In this document: piece after piece, positions 37,166 through 46,229 of the stretch
Layout: each line of letters opens with the position of its first letter
Numbering within the stretch: the first letter of the stretch is position 1
IMG/VR virus record: IMGVR_UViG_3300014205_000002
Span: 144,265 to 208,264 of that record
Source: a virus
Lineage: Duplodnaviria; Caudoviricetes
Direction: 5' to 3' (one strand)
Length of the DNA stretch: 64,000 nt
Program-made: the position numbers and the translations under genes
Notes under the pieces: generated by a model
The model's database searches: none
Told to the model about the DNA's origin: nothing
The model's input: only the letters and a program-made list of their open reading frames with translations

Positions 37166-38305
37166 CTAGTAGCCTTCGTGTTCGTGGATGGTGTAGTACT
37201 TCGTCGCGAGCATGGCCGGACCAGGCTCAAGGACCACGTCTTCATCGGGGTCGTCCTTGAGGATTGAGTCCCGCTCAAGCTCGGCTGAGGCCTTGCTTGG
37301 GCAGGTCATTGGCGAACTCTGCCGAGGGCCCACTTTGTAGGTTTGGAGCGTGGTGTTGCCGCATTCGCTGTGGAGCGCGCCGCCCGCGCCGACGCCCGTC
37401 CGAACGACCCAGCAGCCGGTGCGAATTGGCACCATTAGATTGCAGTGGAGGCAGCGGATTCCCTCCAAGCGCCCATGGCCGAAGACCGAGTAGCCAACAC
37501 CCTCGTCGGTCTCGGCCGCACGACTGAGCGCCTTGCTATGAAGGTTGGCAGCAGCGGCATCGAGCCCGTACTGCTCGTGTGGCACGGGTGCCTCGACGCT
37601 GTATGAGTCGCCCTTGGCATAGTCGATACCGATCACGCTCTCGGCGTTGAGGGCGATCGCGTCGATCTTCTCGGCACCAGGCAGGACGAAGCAGGCTGAC
37701 AGCTGTCCAGTGGGCTTGCGCCTGGGCAGGAGGCGATCGTCCACGCCGTAGAGGGTGAGCAATGCGAGGTCGCCGCCGGCGTGGTAGGTGACCTCGACCT
37801 GGGGGCCGCCCTCGACCTCGTGCTCGGCGTCGAGTATCTCGATGCCCTGGGTCTTCATGAGGGTGACCAGACGCTTGGCCTGTCGAACCATTCCCGCAGG
37901 GTCGATGCCGATGTGAATGAAGCTCTCACTGGAACGCGCGCCCGCTTCAATCTCAACGGGGACGAAGCCAGCTCCGGTGAGCAGCTGCCAAGTTCTGAGG
38001 ATATTGGCAGGCACTTCGTCGTGGGTGATGGGCTCCGCGAGAACGATGGCGCAGTCTTCCTCGTCGGTGCCCTCGAAGTCGAGCGCGTAGCACTCGTCGG
38101 CGATCGCGATGACCGCCTCCGCGCGCGAGTTGATCTTGCTGATGCGATCGTTGGTGATGTGGCAGTAGACCTTGCCCACTTCCTGAATGGCCGTGTGGTA
38201 GTCGAACAGCTCGCGCATCACCTTGTCGGGGTCGAGTCGGCCCGTCGCCGGGTCTTCCACGAGGGGCTTCCAGAAGCTGGCGTAATTCTTCTCGTAGTCT
38301 TGCAA
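37166..38305 (-). CDS. Mosaic hypothetical protein containing an RNR active-site peptide
   Basis: TTG start, SD AAGGAG. Internal TGQLSACFVLP. Confidence 0.7.
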   Translation of the reverse strand: MQDYEKNYASFWKPLVEDPATGRLDPDKVMRELFDYHTAIQEVGKVYCHITNDRISKINSRAEAVIAIADECYALDFEGTDEEDCAIVLAEPITHDEVPANILRTWQLLTGAGFVPVEIEAGARSSESFIHIGIDPAGMVRQAKRLVTLMKTQGIEILDAEHEVEGGPQVEVTYHAGGDLALLTLYGVDDRLLPRRKPTGQLSACFVLPGAEKIDAIALNAESVIGIDYAKGDSYSVEAPVPHEQYGLDAAAANLHSKALSRAAETDEGVGYSVFGHGRLEGIRCLHCNLMVPIRTGCWVVRTGVGAGGALHSECGNTTLQTYKVGPRQSSPMTCPSKASAELERDSILKDDPDEDVVLEPGPAMLATKYYTIHEHEGY

Positions 38306-38330
38306 TCCGGGCTCCTTTGGCTCTTGCTGC

Positions 38331-38361
38331 TGACAGAATGTGGCAGGTGCGAGGCGATCGC
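38331..38361 (-). promoter_or_regulatory. Bipartite motif GCGATCGC-N13-CATTCTGTCA, copy 3
   Basis: Intergenic, upstream of the 38305 start. Confidence 0.65.
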
Positions 38362-38368
38362 GCTCCCC

Positions 38369-38875
38369 TTACTCGCCGGTCTCGGGAAGTTTGGTCGTGC
38401 CGTCCTTCGGCAGGCGCTCCACGATGCGCCTGAACACGCGCTCCAGTCGATCCGACTGTTCAATTAGACGAGCCGCCTCGATGGCGTGGTGGCGCGCTTC
38501 CGGGCTGGCGTTCTCCGAGATGACGGCGAAGGGAGCCATGTCCGTCGAGTAGACCTCGCAGAGCGTGACGGCGAACTCCGCCTCGTCTCGCGTCAGCATG
38601 GCATACCCCAGCGTGTTGCCGTTTGCGCGGCCTGACGACTCAGCTACGTCCTGCTTGCTCATTGTCTGAATGGTCCAGTGGTACACATCGGCCGGTAGTC
38701 CGAACGAGTGGTCTTTTCCCTTGAAGATGACCATCCCTGGTACGACCGACAGGCCAATGTGGCTTGGATGCGGGTCCGACGGAAAGATTTCCGTGATGTC
38801 CTTGTAGTCCGTTTTCAGGGCCTTGCAGACGACTTTTACGGGCATATCCAGGGTTCCTTTCGGTCGCTTAATCAC
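38369..38875 (-). CDS. Hypothetical protein
   Basis: First gene of the leftward block. Start may be MPVKV. Confidence 0.65.
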   Translation of the reverse strand: MIKRPKGTLDMPVKVVCKALKTDYKDITEIFPSDPHPSHIGLSVVPGMVIFKGKDHSFGLPADVYHWTIQTMSKQDVAESSGRANGNTLGYAMLTRDEAEFAVTLCEVYSTDMAPFAVISENASPEARHHAIEAARLIEQSDRLERVFRRIVERLPKDGTTKLPETGE

Positions 38876-38898
38876 CGGTCGACCGGGGGCGCTTAGGG

Positions 38899-38942
38899 AT
38901 TATACGCCTATGTGCGACAGGAAGCAAGCAAGGTGGTATAAT
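38899..38942. promoter_or_regulatory. Divergent sigma70-like promoters at the strand switch
   Basis: - strand TTGCTT-N17-TATAAT (38927-38899). + strand extended -10 TGGTATAAT (38934-38942). Confidence 0.7.
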
Positions 38943-39042
38943 CCGGGCGTATTCACCGGCAGACCCGTGCGGACCGTTGGTCATACCACGCGCACAATCA
39001 ATGGATCAGTGTAACTCTGACGACAGAGAGGATGTGATTGCG

Positions 39043-40308
39043 ATGGATCATCGCGTACAGCTCCGGACCATGGTCGTAACCGAGGGCGAGGCCCTGCTCG
39101 ACCTCAAGGATCGCCTGGTCTCTCCGACCGCGCGGTTCCACACTCTGGGTGCTCAAGCAGGCGACCTTGTGGATCTGATTGGGCCAAGCGGGCAGCACGC
39201 TGCTGGTCGGATTCTACGGGTGGTGAGCGAGACCACGCTCGTGATCGAGGGCCAGCCCGAGATGGGCTTCGGCGCGCTGTTCGGCGGCGACCCACGGGAA
39301 GACGGAGTTGGCGATGAGATTGTCGTTCAATGCACGGTGGTACGGTTGGTTGCCGAGCCCTGCCGCCACTGCGAGGAACAGGGCGTTCCCGCCGAGTCGG
39401 ACCATCGCCACTGTTTGTCCTGCCGGGAGCGCATCCCGCTCGCTCGCGACACCCGCTACGCCAACTGTGACGTGTGCATCCGGGGTATGCGCGCGCGTCT
39501 GGTCGCGGGCAACGCGATCGACCAGGAGTACGCGATGTTCAACGGCAAGTTGAAGGTCAAGGTCCACGCCCGAACGGCGGAGGAGGGCGACTTCGTCCAG
39601 GAGTGGCAGGACCACTTCCAGCGCGAGCTGGGTGGGCGCACGACTGCCTACTTCCTCGACGAGGTCGCGAAGGCCTGCCTGGCTGTGGTGCTCGACGACG
39701 ATGGCAACGGCAACCGGCCGATGGCCGTGGTCGAGGATCCCGATCTCGACGCGAAGATCGCGGTGGCGCTCGCGATGAAGTTCTTCAAGGATCAGCGCGA
39801 GAGCCGCTACAAGCTCACGCTCTCTTGCATGAGCCGTCTCGACAAGCTGGTCGAGGAGGCCTGCTTCTACCGCATCGTCGAGAAGGACACCAAACAACAG
39901 GTCGAGGCCCTGGCCGAGCAACTCTGCACAAGCACGGGGCCAGTGACCGGTGAGGTTGAGCTCTGGGATGGGATGGAACGCGTGACCTTCTGGGATCCCA
40001 CCAAGGAGCTCAGCGACGAAGCCGACGGCTACGCCGAGACCATGATCGCCGCCTACCTCGCCAGCTCCCGCGGTGTGCTTCATATGTCGGACGCCCGCAA
40101 GACGTTCACCAAGACGGTCTGTCGCTTGGCCTGCCGCTTCGTGGGTGATTCCAAGGTGAGCTACCAGCCGACCGGCGACTTCAAGCAGCGGCTGGGTTAC
40201 CTGCTGTCGCTGCCGCTACCGCTCTACTATCTCTACATGACTGCGGCGAACGTATGGGATCGCCGGGTGCTGCGCGCAGGGAGCCCCGAAGTCGTGGGAA
40301 ACTCCTAA
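39043..40308 (+). CDS. Putative tail assembly chaperone (gpG-like) with N-terminal extra domains
   Basis: Ends GTG GGA AAC TCC TAA, containing slippery GGGAAAC. Three CxxC pairs in the N-half. Start could be 39001. Confidence 0.55.
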   Translation: MDHRVQLRTMVVTEGEALLDLKDRLVSPTARFHTLGAQAGDLVDLIGPSGQHAAGRILRVVSETTLVIEGQPEMGFGALFGGDPREDGVGDEIVVQCTVVRLVAEPCRHCEEQGVPAESDHRHCLSCRERIPLARDTRYANCDVCIRGMRARLVAGNAIDQEYAMFNGKLKVKVHARTAEEGDFVQEWQDHFQRELGGRTTAYFLDEVAKACLAVVLDDDGNGNRPMAVVEDPDLDAKIAVALAMKFFKDQRESRYKLTLSCMSRLDKLVEEACFYRIVEKDTKQQVEALAEQLCTSTGPVTGEVELWDGMERVTFWDPTKELSDEADGYAETMIAAYLASSRGVLHMSDARKTFTKTVCRLACRFVGDSKVSYQPTGDFKQRLGYLLSLPLPLYYLYMTAANVWDRRVLRAGSPEVVGNS

Positions 40309-40751
40309 AGACGTCGGCGGGATACCTGCGGGCGCAGGCGTTCAAGCGGGGGATTGCGCTGCCCCCGCGCGGAAGCGCCGGCGACGTCTATATTCAGTTC
40401 CTCATGCGCTCTGAGCTCGATCGCGAGGCAGCCCTGGCCCAAGCCATGATCTATAAGAGCTGGGCCCTAGCCGGAGGGGAAGGCGGCAAGCAGATGGCGG
40501 ACAATGCGGGTAAGGCCTACGAGTCCTACCTGGGTCTGACTTACCCCTGGCAGGCCAACGTCAAGCAGAACAAGGAGAAGCAGCAGCTCAAGGTCCTGGA
40601 GAAGTTCATGCGAGCCTTCGGCGTGGGCCAGGTGGTCGACGAGGCTCAGACTCGCGCGTCAGACGTAACGCCAGAAAATCCGCGCAGCAAGGGCTCCATG
40701 GCCGCGCAGAAGCTCAAGGACATGTTCACCCCAAAGAAGAAGGAGACATAA
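40296..40751 (+). CDS. -1 frameshift extension (gpT-like) of the upstream ORF
   Basis: The -1 frame is open through the slippery site (GKLLKTSAGYLRAQAFKRG...) and has no convincing SD/start of its own. Confidence 0.6.
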   Translation, partial: GKLLKTSAGYLRAQAFKRGIALPPRGSAGDVYIQFLMRSELDREAALAQAMIYKSWALAGGEGGKQMADNAGKAYESYLGLTYPWQANVKQNKEKQQLKVLEKFMRAFGVGQVVDEAQTRASDVTPENPRSKGSMAAQKLKDMFTPKKKET

Positions 40752-41023
40752 TGCAGGCGATCGCCATCTTCACCGACCAGGAGCACCTCGCTTATTTCAA
40801 GGGCTACGAGGATCGGTTCAGTGTGTTCAGCGGTGCGCGCGAGGGCTGGGTGCGCGCGAACTTTACCAAGGCCGAGGCGGAGGCGGTCCTGCTTAAAAGC
40901 GGGTTGGTAATCGCGGGAGGGGCATTCGACCTCGGGCTGACTACAGACATCCACACCAGGGCCGGTGAGCTTATTGGGACGGCACTTCCATTTATTGGTC
41001 AGGATGCCCAGCAAGCCTGCTAG
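40751..41023 (+). CDS. Hypothetical protein
   Basis: TAATG coupling, SD AAGGAG. Confidence 0.65.
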   Translation: MQAIAIFTDQEHLAYFKGYEDRFSVFSGAREGWVRANFTKAEAEAVLLKSGLVIAGGAFDLGLTTDIHTRAGELIGTALPFIGQDAQQAC

Positions 41024-41058
41024 ACATACAACCACTGGTTAGGGTAGAGTAAAACAAC

Positions 41059-41075
41059 CAATGGTCTGACCATTG
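41059..41075. promoter_or_regulatory. Perfect palindromic operator CAATGGTC-T-GACCATTG
   Basis: Lies between a TAGACA...TAGAGT promoter-like pair and the GGAGG SD of 41090. Confidence 0.75.
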
Positions 41076-41089
41076 CCTCGGAGGTTCGG

Positions 41090-41347
41090 ATGCGCCCCAT
41101 CGCCACAATTGTCGCCATTCTCCTGTACTTGCTCGTCAGCCAGGTCGCTGCGATTGCCTGGCTCGCGCTCGTGGGGGGATGGCTCCTGTGGCGCTACGCG
41201 CGATCGCAGGGTGGTAACTGCTCATGCTGCGGTGGCGACTACGTGGTCGAGTACGGCCCCGTCTTGAAACACAAGGGCGAGCACTACCGTCTGCGCTGCA
41301 CCATCTGTTCCTCGCGAACCTGGCTGGGTGTTGGTATGTCGACATGA
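41090..41347 (+). CDS. Membrane protein with a Zn ribbon
   Basis: Hydrophobic N-half, CSCC...CTIC. Confidence 0.65.
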   Translation: MRPIATIVAILLYLLVSQVAAIAWLALVGGWLLWRYARSQGGNCSCCGGDYVVEYGPVLKHKGEHYRLRCTICSSRTWLGVGMST

Positions 41348-41583
41348 GCGAACCTGGGCCCTGCTGTTCGATCTGCAAGGACCTTGGCAGCGTGGTCGAA
41401 AAGGTTCACGGCCAGATCGTGCCAATCGAGCGCGAGAGCGTTGGTTGGCCGTACACGGCGATTGTGAAGCGCTGCCCGGTGTGCAGCCGTTGGTATCAGC
41501 GCCTCGCCAGGGCGTTCGCCCAACGGCTGTGTCGCTGGGCGAACGACTGCACAATCAGACAGTTCCACGCTTTCAGGCGATAG
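41344..41583 (+). CDS. Small Zn-ribbon protein
   Basis: ATGA coupling, CSIC...CPVC. Confidence 0.55.
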   Translation: MSEPGPCCSICKDLGSVVEKVHGQIVPIERESVGWPYTAIVKRCPVCSRWYQRLARAFAQRLCRWANDCTIRQFHAFRR

Positions 41584-41733
41584 ACACGTTGGTCGGACCA
41601 GGTGGGCGGATGCGCACTTTCGTTAGGAAGTCACGGCAGCATGTCTCAACGCAGTCAGTGGACTCTCGGGATCGACGGATCGTCTCAAGCCGGAGCGAGA
41701 CCGCACTTAGGCGGCGAACGGAGCGTCGCAGCG

Positions 41734-42030
41734 ATGTCAAAGCATGTCATATTTACCGCGTGTGTCGTCGCGGCCCTCGCAAGCGGGGCGATCGCATTCC
41801 AATACCTGCGAGAGCGCAAGCCTTCGACGCTCAAGCGGGAGGTCGATGACCTGGCGCTGACGCGGGCCTTTGCGCGCGAGTTGCTACACCGCTGCCCTCG
41901 CTGTACTCACCGAATGACGATGGCCCGGCTGGCCCATGTGACGACCGAAGGGGTCAAGCGGATGGTCTGGTGCGAGGCCTGTGGATACCAGTCCGCCATG
42001 CCCGAGCGCTTCTACGGAGCCAAGCCATGA
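41734..42030 (+). CDS. Membrane-anchored Zn-ribbon protein
   Basis: TM helix, CPRC...CEACG. Confidence 0.65.
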   Translation: MSKHVIFTACVVAALASGAIAFQYLRERKPSTLKREVDDLALTRAFARELLHRCPRCTHRMTMARLAHVTTEGVKRMVWCEACGYQSAMPERFYGAKP

Positions 42031-42335
42031 ACATCTATATCTTCATCTTCCTGGTGACGGGCTACGCCCTGAGCTACGGAACTCTGATCGCCTGCGACAT
42101 CCTTGGTTACGGAACGTCAAAGGAGGCCGTTTACGCCTTCTGCGCCTATTGGGTGTTCAGTTCGACCATCATGGTCTGGGGCTTCTGGGCCTGTTTCATC
42201 CGTGACCGCAAGAACACGCGATACCGCTGCCCGAACGACGGGCTACCCCTCTCGAAAGTCACCCAGTTCGCCCCTGAGGAGTGGATCATCCGCTGCCCGA
42301 AGTGCGACTACACCGAGCGGCGCTTGCTGCCATAG
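42027..42335 (+). CDS. Two-TM Zn-ribbon protein
   Basis: Two hydrophobic helices, CPND...CPKC. Confidence 0.65.
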   Translation: MNIYIFIFLVTGYALSYGTLIACDILGYGTSKEAVYAFCAYWVFSSTIMVWGFWACFIRDRKNTRYRCPNDGLPLSKVTQFAPEEWIIRCPKCDYTERRLLP

Positions 42336-42345
42336 AAAGGACCTC

Positions 42346-42723
42346 ATGAGTTCACAGGTTTTGTGGATGGGCAACCTCAAGCCCGGCCAGAAGCGCGAGG
42401 GCCCTGCCTTCGGCATGGGTACCCTCGTATCCGGCAGCGGCAGTACCACGGCGAGCGCGATGCTCGACTTCTACGCCGAGATGTCCCAAGTCGAGCCAGA
42501 CGTCCCGAACCACAAGCCGATCTGCGCGCAGTCGCTCACGCCCGTCGAGTTGGAGTTGATCGACGTTCAGTGGCCCGAGGGGCACTGTGGTGGCCGGGTG
42601 TCGATCGCCAATACCTCTGGCGAGGAGATCGAATTCAACGTCGCGTTCACCGTCTTCTCGCGCGAGGAGGTCGTGGCGCAAACGCTTGCGGCTATCGCTC
42701 GCCACAAAGGTGAAGGCCTGTGA
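42346..42723 (+). CDS. Hypothetical protein
   Basis: Start MSSQVLW, SD AAGGA. Confidence 0.65.
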   Translation: MSSQVLWMGNLKPGQKREGPAFGMGTLVSGSGSTTASAMLDFYAEMSQVEPDVPNHKPICAQSLTPVELELIDVQWPEGHCGGRVSIANTSGEEIEFNVAFTVFSREEVVAQTLAAIARHKGEGL

Positions 42724-43724
42724 CCAACAATATGATCATCATCGGTGGAGGCCCTGCCGGCTACACCGCGGCCATCTATGCTGCGCGCGCAGGCCTGGAG
42801 CCTCTCGTCATCGAGGGGCCTCGTCCAGGCGGCCAGCTGACCATCACTACAGACGTGGAGAACTATCCAGGCTTTCTGGAGATCACAGGGCCGGAGCTGG
42901 TGCAGCGGATGCGTGAGCAAGCGGCGCACAACGGCGCGCGCTTCATGACCGACACCGTCCAGCGAGTCGAGTTCGGCAGCCACACCCACAAGGTCGAGAC
43001 GGTCAGCGAGCAACTCGCCGCTCATTCGATCATCATCGCCACAGGGGCCAATGCGAAGTGGTTGGGCATCCCCGGCGAGCAAGAGTACATGGGTAAGGGT
43101 GTGTCCGCCTGTGCGACCTGTGACGGGCCCATGCTCTCGCGGATGCTCGGCCCTGACGCCAGGATCGCAGTGATCGGCGGGGGTGATACCGCGTGCGAAG
43201 AGGCGCTCTACCTTGCGGGCTTACCTGGCTTCGGCCTCGTCTATCTGGTGGTACGCAGGGGTGAGATGCGCGCTTCGCGGATCATGCAGCAGCGCGTAAT
43301 GAACCACCCGAAGATCCACATGATCTGGAATCGCGTGCCCCTGCGCTTTGAGGGCCACGAGACCCTGGAGTACCTAGCGATCACGGTACCCGACTGCCCG
43401 GGCGGACCTGGCCTCGGCGAGAGGCTCCATATCAAGGCAGCCTTCGTGGCGATCGGCCATGAGCCTGCCACGGCCTTCCTCAGGGACCAGGTCATCCTTG
43501 AAAACGGCTACATCATAACTGGTCATCACGGCCAGGTGGCCAGACACCAAGGGACGTTCAGCAATCCCGACGGCCCCTTCATTCCTGGCGTGTTCGCCGC
43601 CGGCGATTGCGTCGATCATGAGTTCCGCCAGGCGGTCACGGCGGCGGGGATGGGGTGCAAGGCAGCTATGCTCGCCGAGCGCTACCTCTCAGCGATGGAC
43701 CCCTTCCCCCTCACCACAACCTAG
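42720..43724 (+). CDS. trxB: Thioredoxin-disulfide reductase
   Basis: IIGGGPAGYTAAIY, GGQLTITTDVENYPGF, CATCDG, GGGDTA, GVFAAGD, RQAVTAAG. Confidence 0.95.
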   Translation: MTNNMIIIGGGPAGYTAAIYAARAGLEPLVIEGPRPGGQLTITTDVENYPGFLEITGPELVQRMREQAAHNGARFMTDTVQRVEFGSHTHKVETVSEQLAAHSIIIATGANAKWLGIPGEQEYMGKGVSACATCDGPMLSRMLGPDARIAVIGGGDTACEEALYLAGLPGFGLVYLVVRRGEMRASRIMQQRVMNHPKIHMIWNRVPLRFEGHETLEYLAITVPDCPGGPGLGERLHIKAAFVAIGHEPATAFLRDQVILENGYIITGHHGQVARHQGTFSNPDGPFIPGVFAAGDCVDHEFRQAVTAAGMGCKAAMLAERYLSAMDPFPLTTT

Positions 43725-43737
43725 GAGGATTAATCCA

Positions 43738-44400
43738 GTGGAAACAACCAAGAGTGGTCTACCTATTCACACCGGCACGGGAACGCCCGAGGCCTACCTC
43801 GTGGGCGACATCTACGCCCACGCACTTGGCAACGCAGTGCGCCAGCTCCTGTTCATCATGGATGGCAGCACGCCCGGGGAAGAAGCGGTCGCAGCCGAAG
43901 TCATGGAGCGCCTCAAACTGGCGGGCGATGACATCGTCCGGTCGACCACGACGGACAATGGCGAGGTGCAGTCGAGCCGCGCCAACGTCGACTACACCGA
44001 CGCCTGGGGCGGCATCACGCTCGCCGACGGTCGCTCCGTTTGCCCTGACGGGAAAGGCAGCGTGGAGATCCGCACCCCCGAACCGAAGGCAGACATTCAC
44101 TACATCAACCCCCTGTGTGAGCGGGGCCCGGTGGCCTGCGAGGTGGTTGGCCTGACCCCCTCATACGATGAACTCAAGGAGGAGCGGGACACCGCTCGCC
44201 ATCTGTTCAAGATACAGAACGACCAGGTTGGCAAATTGGGTGACTACATCAACCTCGCCCTGACCTGCACGGACCCGACGGACGTCCAGGCGCTTCTCGC
44301 CGAGGCGATGGCTCCTGAGCCAACGGAGCCCGTTCGGCGTGATCGCCATGACGCCAGCATCTACTCAAAGATCAAGAACAGCAACCGCGGTTACGCCTGA
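43738..44400 (+). CDS. Hypothetical protein
   Basis: GTG start, SD AGGAGG. Confidence 0.65.
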   Translation: METTKSGLPIHTGTGTPEAYLVGDIYAHALGNAVRQLLFIMDGSTPGEEAVAAEVMERLKLAGDDIVRSTTTDNGEVQSSRANVDYTDAWGGITLADGRSVCPDGKGSVEIRTPEPKADIHYINPLCERGPVACEVVGLTPSYDELKEERDTARHLFKIQNDQVGKLGDYINLALTCTDPTDVQALLAEAMAPEPTEPVRRDRHDASIYSKIKNSNRGYA

Positions 44401-45068
44401 TGTACTACTGCCTGACATGCGGGACAAGCCTTTCCCGTATGGAGCTTCATTCCAACATGCAGTTCACGCCCTGTACCACCGATGGCTGCGGCGGTGAGTT
44501 GCTGTTCCTGGATGACATGGTGGCCGAAGCCGTCGTCCTGCTTAACGGCAAGGGCTATGCGACCGGCGATTCGTGTGGCGGCCACTTCGGTCGAGACGTG
44601 ATCTCGTTCTACGTGAGCTTCGCGGAGGGTAGCACCCCTCCGCTGGCCGCGCTGCCCGATGACTTCGTGGTTGTGTCGCGCGATAGGGACAGTATCCACA
44701 CCCGCCACAAGGATTGGGCTGATGGCCCACAGACGCCGCAGGTCATGCGTGTCAGTCAGACGTTCCTGGCGTGGGTCATCACCCTGCCAAAAGCCAACGA
44801 GCAGGGGGAGGTTGGCGTCATACCTGAGGCGTTCTGGCGTGTAGTCGAGGGCGTTCATCAGACTTACTGCGCCCGTCAGGTCGCGCTGCGCGGCCCGTTC
44901 CCATCGGTCCAAGATGCTGCCGCAGACGCTACGGCGCAAGGCTATAAGTTCGGCGAAGTCGAGTTCATAGACGGCCAGTCGCGCGAGGTGGTCGACGTGC
45001 CGATCCTACCAACCCCCCAAATGAGCTTCATTCCCCCCATTCCCTTGGAGGTTCAGCCCCTTGCGTAA
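44400..45068 (+). CDS. Hypothetical protein with an N-terminal Zn ribbon
   Basis: CLTC..C...C, LNGKGYAT..SCGGH. Confidence 0.65.
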   Translation: MYYCLTCGTSLSRMELHSNMQFTPCTTDGCGGELLFLDDMVAEAVVLLNGKGYATGDSCGGHFGRDVISFYVSFAEGSTPPLAALPDDFVVVSRDRDSIHTRHKDWADGPQTPQVMRVSQTFLAWVITLPKANEQGEVGVIPEAFWRVVEGVHQTYCARQVALRGPFPSVQDAAADATAQGYKFGEVEFIDGQSREVVDVPILPTPQMSFIPPIPLEVQPLA

Positions 45069-45309
45069 CTCCTTCTCGCACCAGGCCTCCCTCGCCATAG
45101 CTGTAGGCCTCTCCGCGATTGCCAGCATGGTTGCACCACCACCGCCGCAGAGTTTCCGTGAGACCCAGGGCTATAGCCGCCCAAGCTATGGTCGCGGGCA
45201 CAGCGGATCCAAGAAGGGCATCAACGTCGAGTGGCGTCGCCATAAGAATCGCCTCGCCAGGGCCGCCCGCAAGATCAATCGTCGCATCAAGCGCGGGATG
45301 CGGGCCTAG
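45061..45309 (+). CDS. Small basic protein
   Basis: TTG start, SD GGAGG, Arg/Lys-rich tail. Confidence 0.55.
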   Translation: MRNSFSHQASLAIAVGLSAIASMVAPPPPQSFRETQGYSRPSYGRGHSGSKKGINVEWRRHKNRLARAARKINRRIKRGMRA

Positions 45310-45537
45310 ATGAAGAAGGGCCCCCAGAGCCTCTGCGACCTTGGCCCCTGGTTGGCAAAGGCGCTGACGTTCAAGCGGGGGCCTGGCTTCAAGTCGATCG
45401 GATTCGGCTGGTCGGTCGAGCGAGGAGCTTGGAAATGCCGTATCATCTACGGACAGCAAGCGTATGAGGCTGAGGATGTCAAGCTCACCTCTGCGCTGAC
45501 CAAGGCCCTGGACGCCTTATTGAAACGACCTCTGTAA
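45310..45537 (+). CDS. Hypothetical protein
   Basis: Abuts the upstream stop. Confidence 0.55.
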   Translation: MKKGPQSLCDLGPWLAKALTFKRGPGFKSIGFGWSVERGAWKCRIIYGQQAYEAEDVKLTSALTKALDALLKRPL

Positions 45538-45563
45538 CCCCCTGAGTATGAAAGGAATTCATC

Positions 45564-45959
45564 ATGCCCGATCCTGAAAACGCCCCCGCGCCCGATGTCG
45601 AAACCAAGTCGTTGGGCGACACCCTGACCGAAGCTGGTGAGGCGATCGTCGAAGCGATCGTCGAGGCGGTCGAGGCGGTCACCGATGCTGTAGACGAAGC
45701 CTTCGGCAGTGGCAGCACGACGCAGCCAGCGCCCATCAAGGAGGGCGACCTCGTCAACTACTCGCTCGACTTGGACAGCCCCTACGCCGGCCAGGTGCGC
45801 GGCGCGATCGTGGTCAAGGTCTGGAATGCGACCTGCCTGAACCTGCGGGTATTCGCCGACGGCACCAACGACTATCCGCCCAATGTGTCCGACTGGAAGA
45901 CGTCGATCGTCGAGGGTGCACCTGGTGCTCCGCGGACCTGGCACCGCAAGGGCGTATAG
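45564..45959 (+). CDS. Hypothetical protein with an SH3-like C-terminal domain
   Basis: EGDLVNY..AIVVKVW..LNLRVFADG..W. SD AAGGA. Confidence 0.65.
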   Translation: MPDPENAPAPDVETKSLGDTLTEAGEAIVEAIVEAVEAVTDAVDEAFGSGSTTQPAPIKEGDLVNYSLDLDSPYAGQVRGAIVVKVWNATCLNLRVFADGTNDYPPNVSDWKTSIVEGAPGAPRTWHRKGV

Positions 45960-45962
45960 GTT

Positions 45963-46229
45963 ATGCCCAAGAAGCCTGGCCCCGAGAAGGGCGATCCACG
46001 CATGGTTGAGGCTGGGAAAAAGGGCGGCGCGATCATGCGCGAGCGTGGCCCTGAGTTCTTCCGCGAGATCGGCAAGAAAGGCGGCCAGGCGACAAAGGAC
46101 AAGCATGGGCCGGACTTCTTCTCCAAGATTGGCAAGAAGGGCGGACAGTCCATGAAGGCGGCTCGCGGCTCAGAGTTCTTTGCGGACATCGGCCGCAAGG
46201 GCGGGGCCACCGAGCGCAAGAAGTCGTGA
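45963..46229 (+). CDS. KGG-repeat stress-induced protein (GsiB/YciG-like)
   Basis: Four ~20-aa repeats of the form G.EFF.EIGKKGG. Confidence 0.88.
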   Translation: MPKKPGPEKGDPRMVEAGKKGGAIMRERGPEFFREIGKKGGQATKDKHGPDFFSKIGKKGGQSMKAARGSEFFADIGRKGGATERKKS

